A stretch of DNA of 63,983 nucleotides, filler included, from Choristocarpus tenellus KU-1152 (taxonomy: Eukaryota > Protista > Phaeophyceae): assembly GCA_964200185.2 (NCBI GenBank). It is 9 parts of 9 records of this genome, joined end to end, with 100 filler letters (N's around TTAATTAATTAA, not from the genome) between each part and the next. Parts side by side here need not be neighbours in the genome. Positions count along the whole stretch, not along the records: positions 61,041 to 63,983 come from CAXNAD020023475.1; 8 more parts are not named here. One strand, given 5' to 3'. Both the position numbers and the translations under genes were made by a program. Each line of letters begins with the position of its first letter. Position 1 is the first letter of the stretch. This document shows positions 61,115 through 63,983 of the stretch, in pieces. The notes beneath the pieces are model-generated. The model was not told where the DNA came from, did no database searches, and saw nothing but the letters and a program-made list of their open reading frames with translations.

Positions 61115-63074
61115 ATATATGACTTTTTTTGATTTTGGAGAATGTACTCTTTTTTGAAATATGTAAAGTGCAATTTTCAAGCAGAAAAGGAGAGGGGCGG
61201 TGACTATCACCCCTCACAGGTCACTACCATGTAAACATCCCTTGAGGGTGTTCCTAAATGACAATGAGATCTGCTTTTATAGAGAGAGGAATCAAGAACA
61301 TCGTCCTAAACAATCCAATACATACACCCAATTCTTATATCCCCACCAGTCCGAATACTTTGGGGGTATACCACCTTTCGACCACTTCTCGCACCAACAC
61401 ATGGTTTGTAGGGCCGCTATTCTTTTTTCGTACCTTTTTTAACCAATATTTTTATATTTTACTCTGGAGTATTTTGAATATAAATTATTAGCACTGATAT
61501 GGTATTTTTGTCATAGAACTGGCGATACTTTATCAACTTGTTGGAGTCCAAAGAAGTTTCCGACCTAGGGACAGCATTGTTAAGTCCCTAAGTCCCTGTG
61601 AGGATTTTGCTCCTCCCTTAGAATGCCTTGCCTCCAGATGTACATGGTGGGTTTTGAACGGGGGCATAAATTCAGCAAGAAATATGGAAATGATTGAATG
61701 TCTTCCGCATATTTCTGTTCAATGACACAATACCCTTAGAGCAAACACACCCACAATGCAAACACAATCCATTTTTTTTCTGAAGTGAGAAACTATCTTG
61801 TGTTCATAAAAAGCCTTTTGTTTGCATTTGTTGCCCTGTCCAAGAGTGTGTGCACAGCACTGGGCAGCTGCTCAAAACTGTTGGATCACAATTTTGTGGC
61901 TCCTTGTTGGGGTCATGCTAACACCTAGAACCCATTTTCCTCAGAGCCTTCCTTCTGAGTCCAGATAAGTACAAAGTCCTTCAAAAGTAAGGCAGAGAGA
62001 TAAGAGTCACTTAGTCCTCCTTTGTTAATGAGGGAAAATTTGCCCCACGGTACATGGGTTAGGGTTAGGTTTAGGACACATGGATTATATCATTGGAACC
62101 TCTTGACCCGAATTTTTCGTTTTGAAATGATTGGAAGAATTCTACTTCGGAGTATGCATAACTAAACTGTAATTGGTGTGTGCCTGTGTAGGGTAGATCT
62201 GGTCCTGTTTTCATGTTTGATCAGTTTGAAAATATTTTTAATACTCCTCCTGTATAAAGGTAGTTGTGTCAACTTTTCCTTTTTTCCCGGTAACTATGGA
62301 AGAAGCTCACGTGTTCCTACCCTCTATTTCGTGTGTACGTTGTTCAGCTAGCAGGGCTTTAAGCTCAACTTGTTACAAGGAACAGCTTACGTATCCCCTC
62401 CTCCCAGAGGTGGGACAAGATCACCAGATGAGCTGACACTTGTCACGGGACATGGGGAGCCAGGGTAACACTTCTACTGTTCTTCTTGTGTGTGGTGTTT
62501 TTTGCTGGGTGTTCCACAGCCAGCTGTATGTCTTGTTCTCACTTTTAAAACGGATGAACTACAAACAACATCAAGAGAAACATTATGAACTATAATCAAT
62601 AGTAAAAGTGGTCACAAGAACGGCAGGTAGATATTTGTTGTAGAGCTCTCCAGCAAAGTGAATGCGTGCACTGCTTTGCCCATTTGCTTTGGTGGCAAGA
62701 ACAGTACACAATCCATAAAATCTACAACAAGAGCACATCTTACAGGGATCAAGCTATATAGGAGGAGCAAAGTATGTAGGAGGTCCTATACAACAGGTTC
62801 ATTAGCGCTTATACGAGTTTGCACTGTAAGATTTGTTCTATTGAACTGTCTCGCTAATTATTGTTGTTGTCTTTTACTATTTTTCAGTCCTAGACCAGAT
62901 AGTCCCCACCTTGGTTAGTCTCATTTTTTTGGGGCCAAAACTAGTGAAGGTCCCAACAATTATGGCTAACGTTCACGCTGGTATCATTTTCCTGTACATC
63001 TTGAGATCAACTTCACCTACACCAGGTGCAAGAACTTGTTGGAGCTCGGTTTGTAACATATCAACATTGCAATG

Positions 63075-63190
63075 GATGAAGACTAGTTTACTCACATTTG
63101 CATGATGAAGACTAGTTTACTCACATTTGCATGATGAAGACTAGTTTACTCACATTTGCATGATGAAGACTAGTTTACTCACATTTGCAT
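63075..63190. repeat. Perfect 29-bp tandem repeat, 4 copies
   Basis: (GATGAAGACTAGTTTACTCACATTTGCAT)4, no spacers. Confidence 0.95.
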
Positions 63191-63983
63191 GCGTGTACAC
63201 CGTCTTACTGTAGAAGAATATCTTAATCTTACCCCTCTCCACGCAACAATGAACCCATAATAAACCCGTATCCCACAGCACTCTGCTCTTCTCCTGCCCA
63301 ATTGTGCGTATCATGATACCCCTCGAGCCACCTCCAATTTCACATACAATAATGGCCCACTCATGGGTAGATCCACCCCTCTCTCTCTGACATCTCTGTC
63401 ATGCTTAAAACTTGAACGTAATATCATCCGTGTTATCAAGTATGAAGACTATTTGAAAGACATACACCCATAAAACAAAAAAAAAAATCTTGTTACCTTT
63501 TCAATCATACATAATAGAGCTCTACTTGGATAATCAGAGTGGTTTATTTTTGAACGCAAACTTTTTTTGAAGAGTAGCTGGGCATTAATAAATATCTCCG
63601 ATTCAGCTAGAACTCCATGTGCCTGGAACACGGAATACTTCTTACAATTACAAAACTCTTCATTTCCCTCGATCTATTTGTTAAGGGTATCAGTCAACTA
63701 CTCTCCTACTACGTATATTATTAAATTAAGCCCCGTCTTGCCCATCGATCCAGCATCTCCAACATTATTACCTGCGTAAAACGCCCAGAGATTGCCGTTT
63801 GTTGTGCTGTGACTAACACAATATATATAACAGCCGATTTCAAAAATTGAGGATGGAGCTTTTCATTGAGGATGGATTATAAAAAATATATATTTATTAT
63901 ATATATGTAATAAATTAAAATAAATAAACATATCGACACTTTATCCCAGTCAATTTTGGGTCAAGCCCATCCTCAATGAAAAG

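Noticed and set aside
63075-63190. CRISPR array (29-bp repeats)
   Set aside because: The units are contiguous with no spacers, so this is a simple minisatellite.

Overview
Eukaryotic, intron-rich DNA. Gene content, GT-AG introns, TTAGGG tracts and the transposon remnants suggest a stramenopile, probably a brown alga (inference). The window is not one locus. It is nine contigs joined by eight artificial 100-bp spacers (44 N + TTAATTAATTAA + 44 N), so adjacency across spacers means nothing. Splicing exons by hand gives: two CSN2 exons; a complete 4-exon ISCU/Isu1 gene; two exons of a Tudor/Agenet/chromo-like domain protein; 14 exons of a BLM/Sgs1-like RecQ helicase; three 5' exons of BUB1/MAD3, with a probable GC-AG intron; and a Gal4-type Zn2Cys6 transcription factor whose zinc cluster is split by an intron and invisible in the ORF track. 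Much of the rest is mobile DNA. It includes more than 20 MITEs in several families sharing a GRNYCAAAGTA terminus and mixed 3/4-bp TSDs, a ~1-kb foldback with a related terminus, a TA-flanked Tc1/mariner-type element, RTE and CRE-like (RLE) LINE remnants, a decayed chromodomain Ty3/Gypsy pol, and a decayed 28S rRNA 3' fragment. There is also an unexplained degenerate array with a ~55-64 bp period. I found no prokaryote-type system such as CRISPR-Cas. All assignments are by eye and from remembered motifs; no database search was run.
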